From Microthyrium microscopicum (Eukaryota), in contig MU004246.1 of the NCBI GenBank assembly GCA_010405405.1, positions 124,001 through 188,000 on the forward strand: DNA of 64,000 nt, in the 5' to 3' direction. Positions 51,363 through 62,700 of the stretch are shown piece after piece (position 1 is the first letter of the stretch; every line of letters begins with the position of its first letter). The notes beneath the pieces are model-generated. The model worked only from the letters and a program-made list of their open reading frames with translations, ran no database searches and was not told the origin of the DNA. A program made the translations under genes and the position numbers.

Positions 51363-52173
51363 TCAGTAAGCCCATACTGGAGGATTGGGACCAGAGTAAG
51401 CATGAGTTCCAAAACCAATCATGGGAACGCATTTGGTTTGGTTGAAGTCTGGTGTGATTGCGAACACACTTGTCGTTTCCGGGGAGTATTTGTTCTGGCA
51501 AGCAGCAACTCCACCTTTAGTTGCGTTGGGTGCGCGGAAGCTCCAGAATCCACTTGGCGTGTCACAATTGTATCGTGGGTCGCCTGAAGGGCAGCAGGCA
51601 ATAGGAGGGGCCTGGTTGATGGGGAGTGCAGTCCAAGTCCATCCATAGTACTCTGGCCAGGATCCGGGAGGGAAAGAATGGCTATGCTGAACAGTGATGG
51701 CGATTGTTCCATCTACATCCACGTAGACATCTTGACCACCGGGAACCTCGGAAATCTGCGAAAGAATTAGTTCAGGAAGAAGGGACACATAGAGAGGTAA
51801 TAGTCATGTCATAACACAGTAACAGCTCGTTTAGATCTCTTCTTTAATGAACAGCGCTGAGCGTTGAACGCATAACTGTGGATTGAGAACTTACAGGGTA
51901 CATAGAGCCGGCGAGAACCATGTCGGTTCCATTTGGACAAGTGGATGATTGATTGCCGGTGAAGGGACAGTAGGAGCCGACTTTTGCTTGGAACAGGTTG
52001 AAGTTGTTGATCTTGCCACCGTTGAGGTGACAGTTGAAGGGATCATAGGCAGTGATGGTGTATGGTTCAGTGAGGCCGTTTGAAGACTCGGCAGAGACTG
52101 CTTTCTTCTCGATTCCTTGCAGAGCTCGAGCTGCAACCAGTGGCAGAAGATTGATCAAGAAGACGAGCTTCAT
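51363..52173 (-). CDS. Secreted cell-wall/IgE-binding-protein-like protein (intron 51756-51894)
   Basis: Signal peptide MKLVFLINLLPLVAA. Motifs SYCP....CPNGT and VPGGQDVYVDVDGTI.IT.QHSH are typical of this fungal secreted family. Cys-containing. Confidence 0.8.
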
Positions 52174-52313
52174 TTTGATGCAAGGTGTTGGTGAAGTGAG
52201 AAAACAGGGTCTATTCTGTAGCTGGCCTATGGTCAGTGATCATAAATCAGTATAATGATCTTGCGAAATGTACTGACCAAGCTGTGAGGATGGTAGAAGA
52301 GTGAATGGAGAAT

Positions 52314-52341
52314 GATTGAGGATTGAGGATTGAGGATTGAG
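52314..52341. repeat. (GATTGAG)x4 short tandem repeat
   Basis: Four perfect 7-bp units upstream of the secreted-protein gene. Confidence 0.9.
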
Positions 52342-53048
52342 AGACGCAGATGGAACCAGTAAAGTTGGGTCTTAAGCAATTCGAGGTGACACAATAGTGG
52401 TGTGATAGTGGTGGTTAGGAGGAAGTAGTCATGTATCTCAACTGGAAAGTACTACGCTGTGAGGAAACACGACGAGGCAGTTGCGACCTAGTAGAGGGCC
52501 TAGTATTGCTCACCTAGTGTCAGAGAAACCAACGATTATACTTCGGAGCCAAGTTTAATCCTGTCTGTCATAAGTCGTCGTAAAGCTTGCATTCCTTTGG
52601 GAACAACGGTTACTTCGTGCCATTTCTTGACTTGATAGGTATAACAATGTATGACTTGACCAGTTGAACCATACAGAGCACAATTACCAAAGTTTCGACT
52701 CCAAGAGCACTCCTCCAATATCGCAGAGATATACATTCTAGAGTAATCATCCATGTCAGCATGGAAGCGTCGCCTTGAAGTAGGAGAGATCAGCAGACTG
52801 TGTACAACGACTCGGAATGCAATTTTCCATGGAGTTAACCCCAGTATATTTCTTCAAGTTCGTGGTTGTCGTCGATCATAGCTATTTTTATCTTTGTTCA
52901 GTGCAGTCAGGGATGTTGTTGTCAATAGCTTCATGCCGTCCGTATCGGGCCAACTTAACCTTGCTGTCCGAGACTTTGATACTCGATTGAAATTGTTGCT
53001 GGCTAGATCAACATCGTGTCGATTGTTGAATGTCTTTATCACCACTCT

Positions 53049-54182
53049 TCAGGAATTGGAGGCTTGCGTCCTTTCTATGGAAGCCTTGCCCATCATTCTT
53101 CTCCATGTCCGCAGCCATTCGGTGAATTCGTCCTCCTTGCCATCCCAGGTCTTGAATATGAGTTGAGTGATAGTGTCGGCATTTCCTGTGACCACGCCCA
53201 GATAGATTTCCGCTTGCTCAGCATCAAGATCGTATAAACTGGCAGCAAACTCATCAAAATTGCTTTGAATTGAGTAGGTCAGCTTCACCACTTCTGACAG
53301 AGTCTCTATGCCTTCGATTTGTGCAGCCTTCGCTTCCTCGGTCGCAAATGGCGGCGACTGTGACGAGAACCGCTTGATTCGTCTCTTCGACATCGCAATA
53401 AGCAACTTATTAATCAAACTCGCCTGTGGGCAAGCCCCCTTCACCAATCTCAAAATATCCGCTCTCTTCTTCGGCACCCGATCAGGCGTATCCAGCGATA
53501 ACCCGCCCGTCAACTCCTCCAGCGATCTTTCGCGGTCTTGTTCTGACGCAGCATCCTGATTCTCCGCCTCATCTTCCTCCTCATCTGAATCACCATCATC
53601 AGATTCCTCCTCCCACTCCTGCAATTCCGAGATCGCATCTTCAATCAACTCCATCTGACTCTTAACCTTCCTCATCAACAACGCCACCACCCCACCATTC
53701 GCCAAAGCAACCAATTCATCGCAAGCGCTATAAACCTTGCCCACCGCAACCATAACACCCTCCTTACTAACCATGCCCTTCACAGTCCCATCAACCGCAT
53801 CCATAAGTATCCCCACACTCCCCAACACATCTTTTAATAAATCTGTAACCTCATTCGCAAAGTGTTCGCCTAATATAACTTTACGCCCAAAAACCTGTGC
53901 GCTGCTGGCGAACAAGGCGGGGACTACGCGGCCTTCAAGGTCTTGCAGTATTCCATGGATGGCGGACGGTGTGAAGGGTTTGTTGACGAGGAGAAGACCT
54001 GCTTTCGTTGCTTGGGCTTTAAAGACTTTTGGTGCATCGGCGAGCACGGCGAGGGGATCAGTTTCGGCGGGTTCGGTGAATTGTTCGAGGAGGGCGGAGG
54101 GGATTGCTTCGGTGAAGCGCGCTGCGAGGGCGCGGAGGGAGGCGGATTTGGAAAGGAGATCGGTGGAGGATGGGGGAGCCAT
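53049..54182 (-). CDS. GCIP (Grap2 and cyclin-D-interacting)-like helical protein
   Basis: AQATKAGLLLVNKPFTPSAI, GKVYSACDEL and LIEDAISELQEW followed by an acidic tract match fungal GCIP-family proteins as recalled. Start ATG 54182 (alternative 54263). Confidence 0.7.
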   Translation of the reverse strand: MAPPSSTDLLSKSASLRALAARFTEAIPSALLEQFTEPAETDPLAVLADAPKVFKAQATKAGLLLVNKPFTPSAIHGILQDLEGRVVPALFASSAQVFGRKVILGEHFANEVTDLLKDVLGSVGILMDAVDGTVKGMVSKEGVMVAVGKVYSACDELVALANGGVVALLMRKVKSQMELIEDAISELQEWEEESDDGDSDEEEDEAENQDAASEQDRERSLEELTGGLSLDTPDRVPKKRADILRLVKGACPQASLINKLLIAMSKRRIKRFSSQSPPFATEEAKAAQIEGIETLSEVVKLTYSIQSNFDEFAASLYDLDAEQAEIYLGVVTGNADTITQLIFKTWDGKEDEFTEWLRTWRRMMGKASIERTQASNS

Positions 54183-54421
54183 GGTGGATTTGGTTTGTTT
54201 GTTGAGAGGTTTGAGTTGTTGCGATGTGAGCTGGTGGTGTGGGGCTCGAAAGTTATGAGCCAAAAAATGAAGATCTAGAGATCTGATCTGTTATCGATAA
54301 GACTCCAGCCTTGTGCTCAGCCTTATTACCTTACTACTTTCACTTCTCAAGCGCTCTGTTATTGAGATCCCGTCTGCTGCAGTTTCCATGTAAGCAAGGA
54401 GAATTTAACGGTTAAAATTTA

Positions 54422-55735
54422 CTATCGTATACCATTTTTTTGAACAGTAAGTTGGTACGCGTCACCTTCTGTTCCTGTAATATCCACAAGCACCCCATAA
54501 CGTGACAAATCTATCTTCTTCTCGCCCTTTGCATAATCCATAGCAGCACTAGACAAGGGCCCACTCTTCGCATCGCACGCCCTCGCCTTCGTATTTCGTG
54601 GATCAATAACCACAATCCCACCCCTGCCGCTGGCCTTCGACACATCCACCTGATAGAAGAGCAGACCCTTTGAGCAAGTCCTACTATCCAGTCCCTGTTT
54701 TGTCCTCAATTCCATAGCCAACGCCATCGTCTCGTTAAGTTTCACAACCACCAATTTCGTACCACCCTTCGTACCAAGCGGGCTCAAGGTATGTTCAGTC
54801 TTCCCTGGCGCGACGACACAGTTTACCTGATCATCATCAATCCAGTTCAACTTCCATTTATGCCAGCCGAAATAGTCTGGTGCTGAGCCAGATATCAGCC
54901 CCATCAAATCCCATCCGCCTATCCAGACGGTCGTTGGCTGATTGGAGCCATCTAGTGGATATAGATCCGGCAAACCCATGGTATGGCCTGTTTCGTGATT
55001 GAGAACTTTATGGCCCTGATTATACATCAGTCATGCGTTCATCCAGAGACTAGAAAGAACTGACCCAGGAGTACATATCCATACCAAACGTAACAGTCTT
55101 CAGCGCAACAGTACCATCCGGAAACGTTATAGAGTTCATATACGTCGGCGAGAACGAAATATCTTTCGCGCCCTTATTCGGGATTATGTATAACACATCC
55201 ATTTTTCCTAGTGCTTTTCCAGCCGATTTGACAGCATCCATGATATACTTCCGATGCAGCGAAGACGTTAGAGAGCGATTCCAGCTATAAGTGCTTGAGT
55301 TTGCTGGCATGCGGTAGAATTTGTTGTCTGGAATGACTTCTAGTTGAAGTCGGCCATATGAGCTTGCGTTGTACCAGTCTGCTGCCGCGGGCATGAAGTG
55401 GTCGTAGAGTGCTTTTACTGTATCAGTGGGTCCGGCAGGCGCGTTTGGGAAATCTACGAATAGCCTGGGTATAAGTTAGATTGGGAAGGGATTGGGTATG
55501 GGTGTACATACATTCCTGCTCGTAGCTTGCCGACTGATGGCGCATAGGCACCTCGCGTGGAGGAGAAGCCAAGTGATAAGTCGATATGTTTACCTTTTGG
55601 AACTGCTAGTTTGCATGCATTGCCTCCAGGTGGCAGTAGTCCAGTTTCTTCGACCGCTTGTGCAGTGTCTGGGAATGTGACATGGCTAGAAATCCCCTGA
55701 GCCAATATTGCCCAAAGAAAGAGCTGGATAGCCAT
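54422..55735 (-). CDS. Secreted M6-family (immune inhibitor A-like) zinc metalloprotease; exons 55735-55512, 55464-55065, 55015-54422
   Basis: Signal peptide, MLFVDFP, WYNASSYGRL, HETGHTMGLPDLY (HExxH + D), GGWDLMG Met-turn and WHKWKLNW. Two canonical introns. Confidence 0.92.
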
Positions 55736-56091
55736 GGCGTTGATACTTCGTATAGAATGGCCTATATAGTCTATCAGTTGCCCGTTCGAGATGGCATATT
55801 GGAGAGCTTGGGCCTGGAGAGGATTGTAGTAGCTAATAGCCTTTATACAGCGCTAAAATAGATTAAATTGAGGGACAATTTCGGCTTTGATTGCTGCTAA
55901 CGTTAGGTTAGGTATACTTACCCTATACTTTCGAAATACCTCACAAATATCCATTTACCTTATATAAGGGATAAAACTACAAAAACAGGCGATTCACTTT
56001 TCACAAGTATTTTCTGGCAGTGCCTCCGCAAGCGATGTGATGTGATTGTGCTAAGTTCGTCAAATATACCTACCTAGGTAGATTCTATCAG

Positions 56092-57523
56092 TCAACCTAC
56101 TGTTAAAGGCCAGTTTTGCATCTCCCCTCTATACTTCGCAATTGTTATTCTTTGTGGATCGAAGATATTGCACGGTCCTAGCCCTTTCAACTGATCATCA
56201 TTCATCAGCGCTTTGTCGAAGCTGTTGAGGGACGATAGTTTCTTGCGTAGAAAGTACTGAGCGCAACCTAGATCAAACCATCCTCTTGTCAAGTTGTAGA
56301 AGCGCTGCCAGTCATCGTCATCTATAAGCATCGCCCTTCCTATCAAGATCGGGGCTTCCGTTTCGACCTGTTCTAACAACTTTCTCTTATATGCTACTTC
56401 GATTCGCATACCAATGACGTCCAAGGTTCGTGGGTCTGAGACTCCATATCGACGGTCCATAAGATCAACAGGCGGCAGGACATCTTCTAGTCGTACCCAA
56501 TCGTCTTGGTACAGTCTTCTCCTGGCGTGATTCATCATCATCACGAAACTGTTATAGCTCACTGGTCCGAGGTAAAACTCGAACCTATCTTTGAAGCATT
56601 GCATAACATTGGCTTCGACCATAGCCATGTAAGTCATGTCCAAATCACCTAGTCCAACATACACAGACTTGGTTGAGCTGTTTAATTGCAAGTATGTATT
56701 ACCGCAGTCCGCAATGTGGTCTCTAAGCATCCTCGCTACACTGCCTTGGCCTTCCCGGCTTAGATCATTAATCGCCTGTATGAGGTTGGGAACGATGTCA
56801 TGGTACTGGCCCTTCACAAGGCTATCCACGAATTTGAAGCCACGTTTCCAACAGGTGACAGCCAATTCGAAATCTCTCGTATCAGCAGCTTCACGTCCAT
56901 TGATGAGCGCCCCTAGGAAGCCATGGAGGAGCTGTTTCTCGTTTGTTTGATCCTCGGAGGACTTGATAATGGTATCTTTGCCATTCCAGCTCCAGTGCCC
57001 AGCTTCAAAGGATCCTTTAACCAGGTTCTCGACATCAAAAATGAGTTTCTCGGGAATCCTCCATTGTTCTTCTCGTAGCAGGCTGACTGACGTTGTCGGA
57101 GGCGGAGTGCGACACGCAACCCGCACCATATCGGTAATGTGGCGTTCTTGCTGCGGTACATGCTTTGAGCTTTCTGGAATGAAACCCGAGCGCAATGCAT
57201 GTTGTTCGATTCTGCTCAGATCCACTGGGCGGGACTGAATACTAAAGTCGTAGGCCTTTCTGGCTACTTCGCGTCGACTTTTCTCTTGTAGAACAGCCAG
57301 AGCATCTGCTTTCTTAATGTTTCTGACATATTCCCAGCGTTTCAATTCGGAAAGCAATTGGCTTCGACTATATGCGGTATCAGTGCAATTCTCACAAGCA
57401 GGGCTGACTAGCGCCTTACGAGACTTCTATTCCATGCTGATCCTTCAATTCCAGGATGACATTCGCCAAAGTCTTCTTCTGGACGATATAAAGTTGGAAT
57501 ATATGGCCCTGGTAGTCATCCAT
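56092..57523 (-). CDS. Clr5-domain protein (intron 57368-57419)
   Basis: Spliced N-terminus MDDYQGHIFQLYIVQKKTLANVILELKDQHGIEVSRSQLLSELKRWEYVRNIK fits the Clr5 domain pattern. A helical TPR-like C-terminus follows. Confidence 0.82.
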
Positions 57524-58228
57524 CACTCAGAGACGAGCGCCAAGCTGTAAGCAGGCGACAATGAGCTAGCGAATGCCTAGAAAGATGGTTGTAGATGACC
57601 ACGATTTGAACAGATGGTAAGGTACCAGCATTTCGGCACGAGCAAGTGTTGTAATCAGCCAACTGCGTTGACCTATCCTAATCATCGAAGCCTTGCTTAC
57701 GTATTGGAGATTGTTTCGCGTTGGGAATCAAGAGCTTCGGCGAATGATATGGGAGCTCATAGAACTCTGCATGCAGACAAAAAGTAACTCAGCCTCATGA
57801 GGAATGATCTCTCATTGGAAGTTGATACAAAAGTTCTTTAGCGCCTTTCAATGTGGTTAGCTTGCTTCAACCTGCATATTGAAGCTCTTCATTTCATTGG
57901 GTGGTTTCCATATATCTTCGCTTCACTTGGTGTTACTCATGCTGAAAATGTGCAAATATGGGATATCATCCACCACGGGCAGGACAAGTTTAACCAACTC
58001 CGGCGATTCAACCATATGGGAAGTATACTCTGTGAGGAATAAGACCACCAAGGAAAAACATAAATACCTCTCATTTCTCTCTCGTAATTCCGATTTCCAG
58101 CATCTTTTCCTCTCTTCTCGAAAGTCTACAATTCACTGCATTTTCATACAAACTGCCTCACGCTTCATACTTTGCACTATCTACCTATCCGTCTTAACAG
58201 CTTCAAGTTCTCCTCCTTTGCTATCATA

Positions 58229-58489
58229 ATGCCTTTCCATATCCTAGGCGCTGTAGGAGCTTTTCTAGCCCATGCTGGCCCAGCCGCCACCCATTCAGCT
58301 GCAATGCACGCTGGTGCCAACACTGCGGCTGCTCTTTCTTCCTCAAGCTCTGTTGGGGCTGCTGGAAGTGCCGGAGCTGGGGCCGCAGGGGCAGCCTATG
58401 ATGTTTCCAGAGCAAAGCAGAAGGAAGCCAAAAAAATAAACCAGGCTCGCGCTTCTGGAAAGAAGCGGGATTTCAACCCACTGAGATAA
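58229..58489 (+). CDS. Small Ala/Gly-rich protein with basic tail (86 aa)
   Basis: Good start context (CATAATG) after a CT-rich leader, with ATAAATA upstream. Coding-like composition. Possible 3'-UTR intron 58516-58578 (GTGAGT...TAG). Confidence 0.55.
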   Translation: MPFHILGAVGAFLAHAGPAATHSAAMHAGANTAAALSSSSSVGAAGSAGAGAAGAAYDVSRAKQKEAKKINQARASGKKRDFNPLR

Positions 58490-59304
58490 TTCTTGATATA
58501 CTTCGAGAACCTATGGTGAGTCTTCACTAATATAACCATCACTGCAGCATGCATCAAGCTGATTTATGTCTGTGGTAGATGGTCATCAGAAGGTTGACTT
58601 GTAGCTCCTCGCGCTATTTTCATTGATCCACGCTCGTTTGTTTTACTTGTTGTGGGGGACTTCGGTGGGTGCCAATTATATGTTGCTATTCCCCATATTA
58701 TGGAACATACACTCGTTGTGGAGCGTCAACTTAGTTACTTCTTTATAAAATAAAATTCCTTGCAAAGCCCAGGCGAAGGGTACCGCACAGGATACCCATT
58801 TGCTCGCTCGGTGCCAAGGTGAGAAAAGTATTTGAATGTTGAGATTACTATTCGAGATGAACAAAGTCGTCTTGTACGTCAAAGTAGACCGTATCGATAT
58901 AATTGAGCAAGGCTGTCAGGATGTATTATAAGGCTGAAATTTAGCGCGGCTCTGAAATTCTGACCAATGATAGCTGTAGAAGCCATTAGGGATCAAGATT
59001 GTAGCCAATCAATCTAGCTCCAGCGTGACCCACATTAGACGTAGGCACTGATCAAGAGCAGCAATTGCGCTTTCATGTGTAAAGCCATTTTATACAAAGC
59101 ATTGAGTAATGGATGTCACCTTGAGAATTTCCGGCTTTTCTTTGGCAGCTTGTTGTATCAACTTTAATGTCTCATTCGTCCCAATGCAGAATGTCACAGC
59201 GTCGACAGCACTGGTTTGCGACAAAGTTGAGTTATCTATTTACTTTAAGAATGAACAGTCTTATAGCGGTTAGAACCTTGAATGAGTGGCCACCTGGGCT
59301 TGTC

Positions 59305-59767
59305 TTAAGAATTGAGCTTTTCCTTGACTTCAGCCCGGAATTTCTTGTTTCGAGCGTCAAGTTGCTCCTTTGACAGAGACCCTCTTCCTCCATCGACGGC
59401 AGCATCTGAAAGATGTCAGTATGAACTCGTTCTGCCAATATTCGTAGTAGAATTTGGACTTACCGAGATGATCCTTTGGATCGAAAGTGGTGTATGGTGC
59501 GAGGCCAACCAATTGACAAAGTCCCACAGCTTTGTTCACTAACCATACTCTATGGAGCAAACCATCCTTCCAGTTAGGCGGTAAGTCTTTGAAGCCATAG
59601 AATGCTCCAAGTAAGGCGCCAGCAAAGCAGCAGTTCGTATCTGCATCGCCGCCTTCCATGGTGATCGCAGTGATAATTCTTTCGAAGAGTTCAGCGCCGG
59701 GATCTTCGGTATAGTTCTTCGAGGAGTATGATTCTGACAGAAGGTTCGTTCTAAACCCTAGATCCAC
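59305..59767 (-). pseudogene. 3' fragment of an ADP-ribosylglycohydrolase gene, cut off by the adjacent RIP element (intron 59406-59463)
   Basis: FERIITAITMEGGDADTNCCFAGALLGAFYG..LP.NW.DGL motif. Spliced C-terminus DAAVDGGRGSLSKEQLDAR..KLNS*. In-frame stop at 59780-59782, with AT-rich sequence where the N-terminal part should be. Confidence 0.82.
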
Positions 59768-59769
59768 GC

Positions 59770-62700
59770 TAGTCCTAATCTAGGATTAGGAAGTAGAAAC
59801 ACCAAAATTCAGCCTCTATTAGCTATTATATCTTTTTGCCTTTTCTACTCCTTTCTATATATTACTTTTATCTTTATTGTAGCCTAAATTCTAAGCTCTA
59901 AGAAGATACGTTTTATATCTTTAATAAGATATAAATACTATAATTATTATAGTAGTTAGTTAATTAAATTCTTTAATATTTTTTTTATTAATTTTATATT
60001 CCCTAAGCTATATAGACTATATTTTATTAGTTATAAGTCTAGTATTCTAATATACTTTTATTATTTTATTATTCTATATATAAATCTTTTATAAACTATA
60101 TTATTATAATTTCCTAAATTCTAGCTATTACTATATACTAGTTTTAGTATTAAAACCTAATATTTAGGTTATAGATTAACTTATAATATTACTTTTAAAG
60201 TTATAATTATTACTAAAGCTAGAACTATTATTTAGAGCTACTACTCCTTTAGAGTAGAGTTAGGAAGTATTTTACTTTACTTATTCTTCTTTATAGTAAC
60301 TTATACTTCTTTCTATTACTTTACTATTTATAATATCTATTTAAATTATTAAGAAGTAATAAAAGAACTTTACTACGTTATTTAATAATAAAAAAGAGTA
60401 AGGAATTAGTAGATTAAATTAAGAAATTATCTAAAGAAATAATTTTATAAACCTTAGAGGTATAAATATTCTTTTATTCTCTTTTTTTTTTTTCTTCTTC
60501 TTCTTTTTTTTATTACGTATTTTAAGCTTTATACCTTTATTAGCACTTTTTCTATTATATTTAGTATTTATATAACCTTTACTATTAAGCTTCTAGTATA
60601 TTCTTAATTTTAATAGTTCTTTAAAAGTTATTACTCTTTTAAATTCTTAGTACGTTAATAGTCTTAGTATTAGTAGTACTAAAATATACTAATAGCCTTA
60701 GTATTTATAGAAATAAAGTATAAGTAATACTTCTTACTATTTTTAGTTACTATTTAGTTTTCTAGTCTTTAATAGTTCTTTTATTACTATTACTTTCTTA
60801 ACTTTAAGGACTTAACTATTAGTAGTCTTTACCTTTAAGGACTTAATCTCTTTATTACCTTAGTATACTAATAGCCTTAGTATTAGTAGTACTAAAGCAC
60901 GCTAATAGCCTTAGTATTAATAATACTAAATAACGTCTTCTAACTCCTTAATAGTAATTATATTATTATACTTATTACTTTTTTTTTTATAGACTTAAGC
61001 TACTAAGTAAGTCTCTTAAAGAAACTTATTATTAGTATTATATAAATTATTACTATTATTCCTTAATTTTAAGGACTTAACCTTTTTACTACTTTAGCTA
61101 TAGTAGTACTAAAACTTATACTACTTTTAAGTATATTTTAAATTTTTATAAAATATTATTAGTAATCTTACTACTACTAACTTAACCTTAGTACTTTAAT
61201 TTAAGTTTAGTATACTATAATTAGAAAGTATATTTAGTAAAGATATATAAGTATCTAATTATTTTATATTTTATTCTTAAGTAGAATAGAAAGAGTATTT
61301 AGTAAAAATATATAAGTATTTAATTATTCTATATTCTATTCTTAAGTAGAAAGATATAATATTAGGCCTAAACTACTTAAAGAAAAAATTTAGAAGGCTT
61401 AGAAGATATAAATATCTTTTTTTCTTTATTTATCCTTCTTCTTTTCTTCTTCTTTCTCTATACTAAGGTAGTATCTTTTAAATAGAAGTATAGAGATACT
61501 AAGGTAGTATTTCCTAAATAAAGTAATAACTTACTAGAAGTACTTATTATAAGCTTATATATATTCTTTCTAAATAGACTTAACGCTAATTACTTAAATA
61601 AGTAATCCTTTAATCTTTAGGAGTATAAAATACTTTCTTCCTCTTTTCCTTTATCTCTTCTTTTTCTTCTTCTATATTGTGAGGAATCCTTATAGGTTTA
61701 GTGTTGTGGTGTTTGGATGCTAAGATCTAATTCTGTAGATAAGATCTCTTTATCCCGTTTGGGGTTAGTGTGTCTAAGGATATCTTAGGCTCCTACTTCT
61801 TTGTATTTATAGCTATATTTCTAGATCTCTTCTCTCTGTACTTAGATCCTATAATACTAGCTACTTTCTACTTGCCTATTACGCCTGTTAGCTTCTTATA
61901 TAATCTAAGTACCTCTATATTAAATTTTATGCTCTATATATATTTTGTATATTATTAATAAATATATAGAGGCGTTTAATAATTTTTATTAGATTACTAT
62001 AGTTGTATTATAGATTTAACTAATTAGTATTTAGTAATACTATCCTTAATTAAGATTAGTATTACTAAAGGTACTAGTAAATTTATAAATACTAACTAGA
62101 GTAATATAAATTTAGTATTATTTACTAGAATAAAGACTACTTAGAGGCCTAAGCTTTGCCTTATAGTATTTTTCTTAGATCCATAGAGGCATTTATACTA
62201 CTTCCTCTTTACTAACTATAAATTATACTTACCTTATTTCTTATTAATCTATATTTGTTAAATTTATTAAATTAGTTCTAATTTATTAAGAAATACTATA
62301 TTATTTAGCTACGTATTACTATAAGTAAGGCGCTACTTATTCCTAGTCTTAAACTAGTATTCTTAAGTAACTCTTATATTGCTTATAAACGTAGTAGCGT
62401 TAGTATTTAAAGCTATTTAATTTTACTCTACTATAGCGAAAATAGCTGCTTCGCTAAGAAGCTAGTCGTCCTAAATGTAGGAACTAATTAATAGTCTATT
62501 ATTACGTTAACGCTATAGTAAGAGAGTATTCTAGTAGTTAAATCTATTAAAAAGTTACCTTTATTGCTTAAAGTAGCTTTAGATAATAAAGACAAAGAAT
62601 TTTTCTATTAGAATACTTAAGTTAGTATTAATATTTAATAACCTTATAAGATCGTTACTAAACTATTAACTATAGTACCTATTACGCTAGTAAGCGTAAT

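Noticed and set aside
46433..59767. Right-hand gene island as a functional cluster or Starship cargo
   Set aside because: No backbone biosynthetic enzyme, no tyrosine-recombinase captain and no shared pathway. It includes a conserved-looking GCIP gene.
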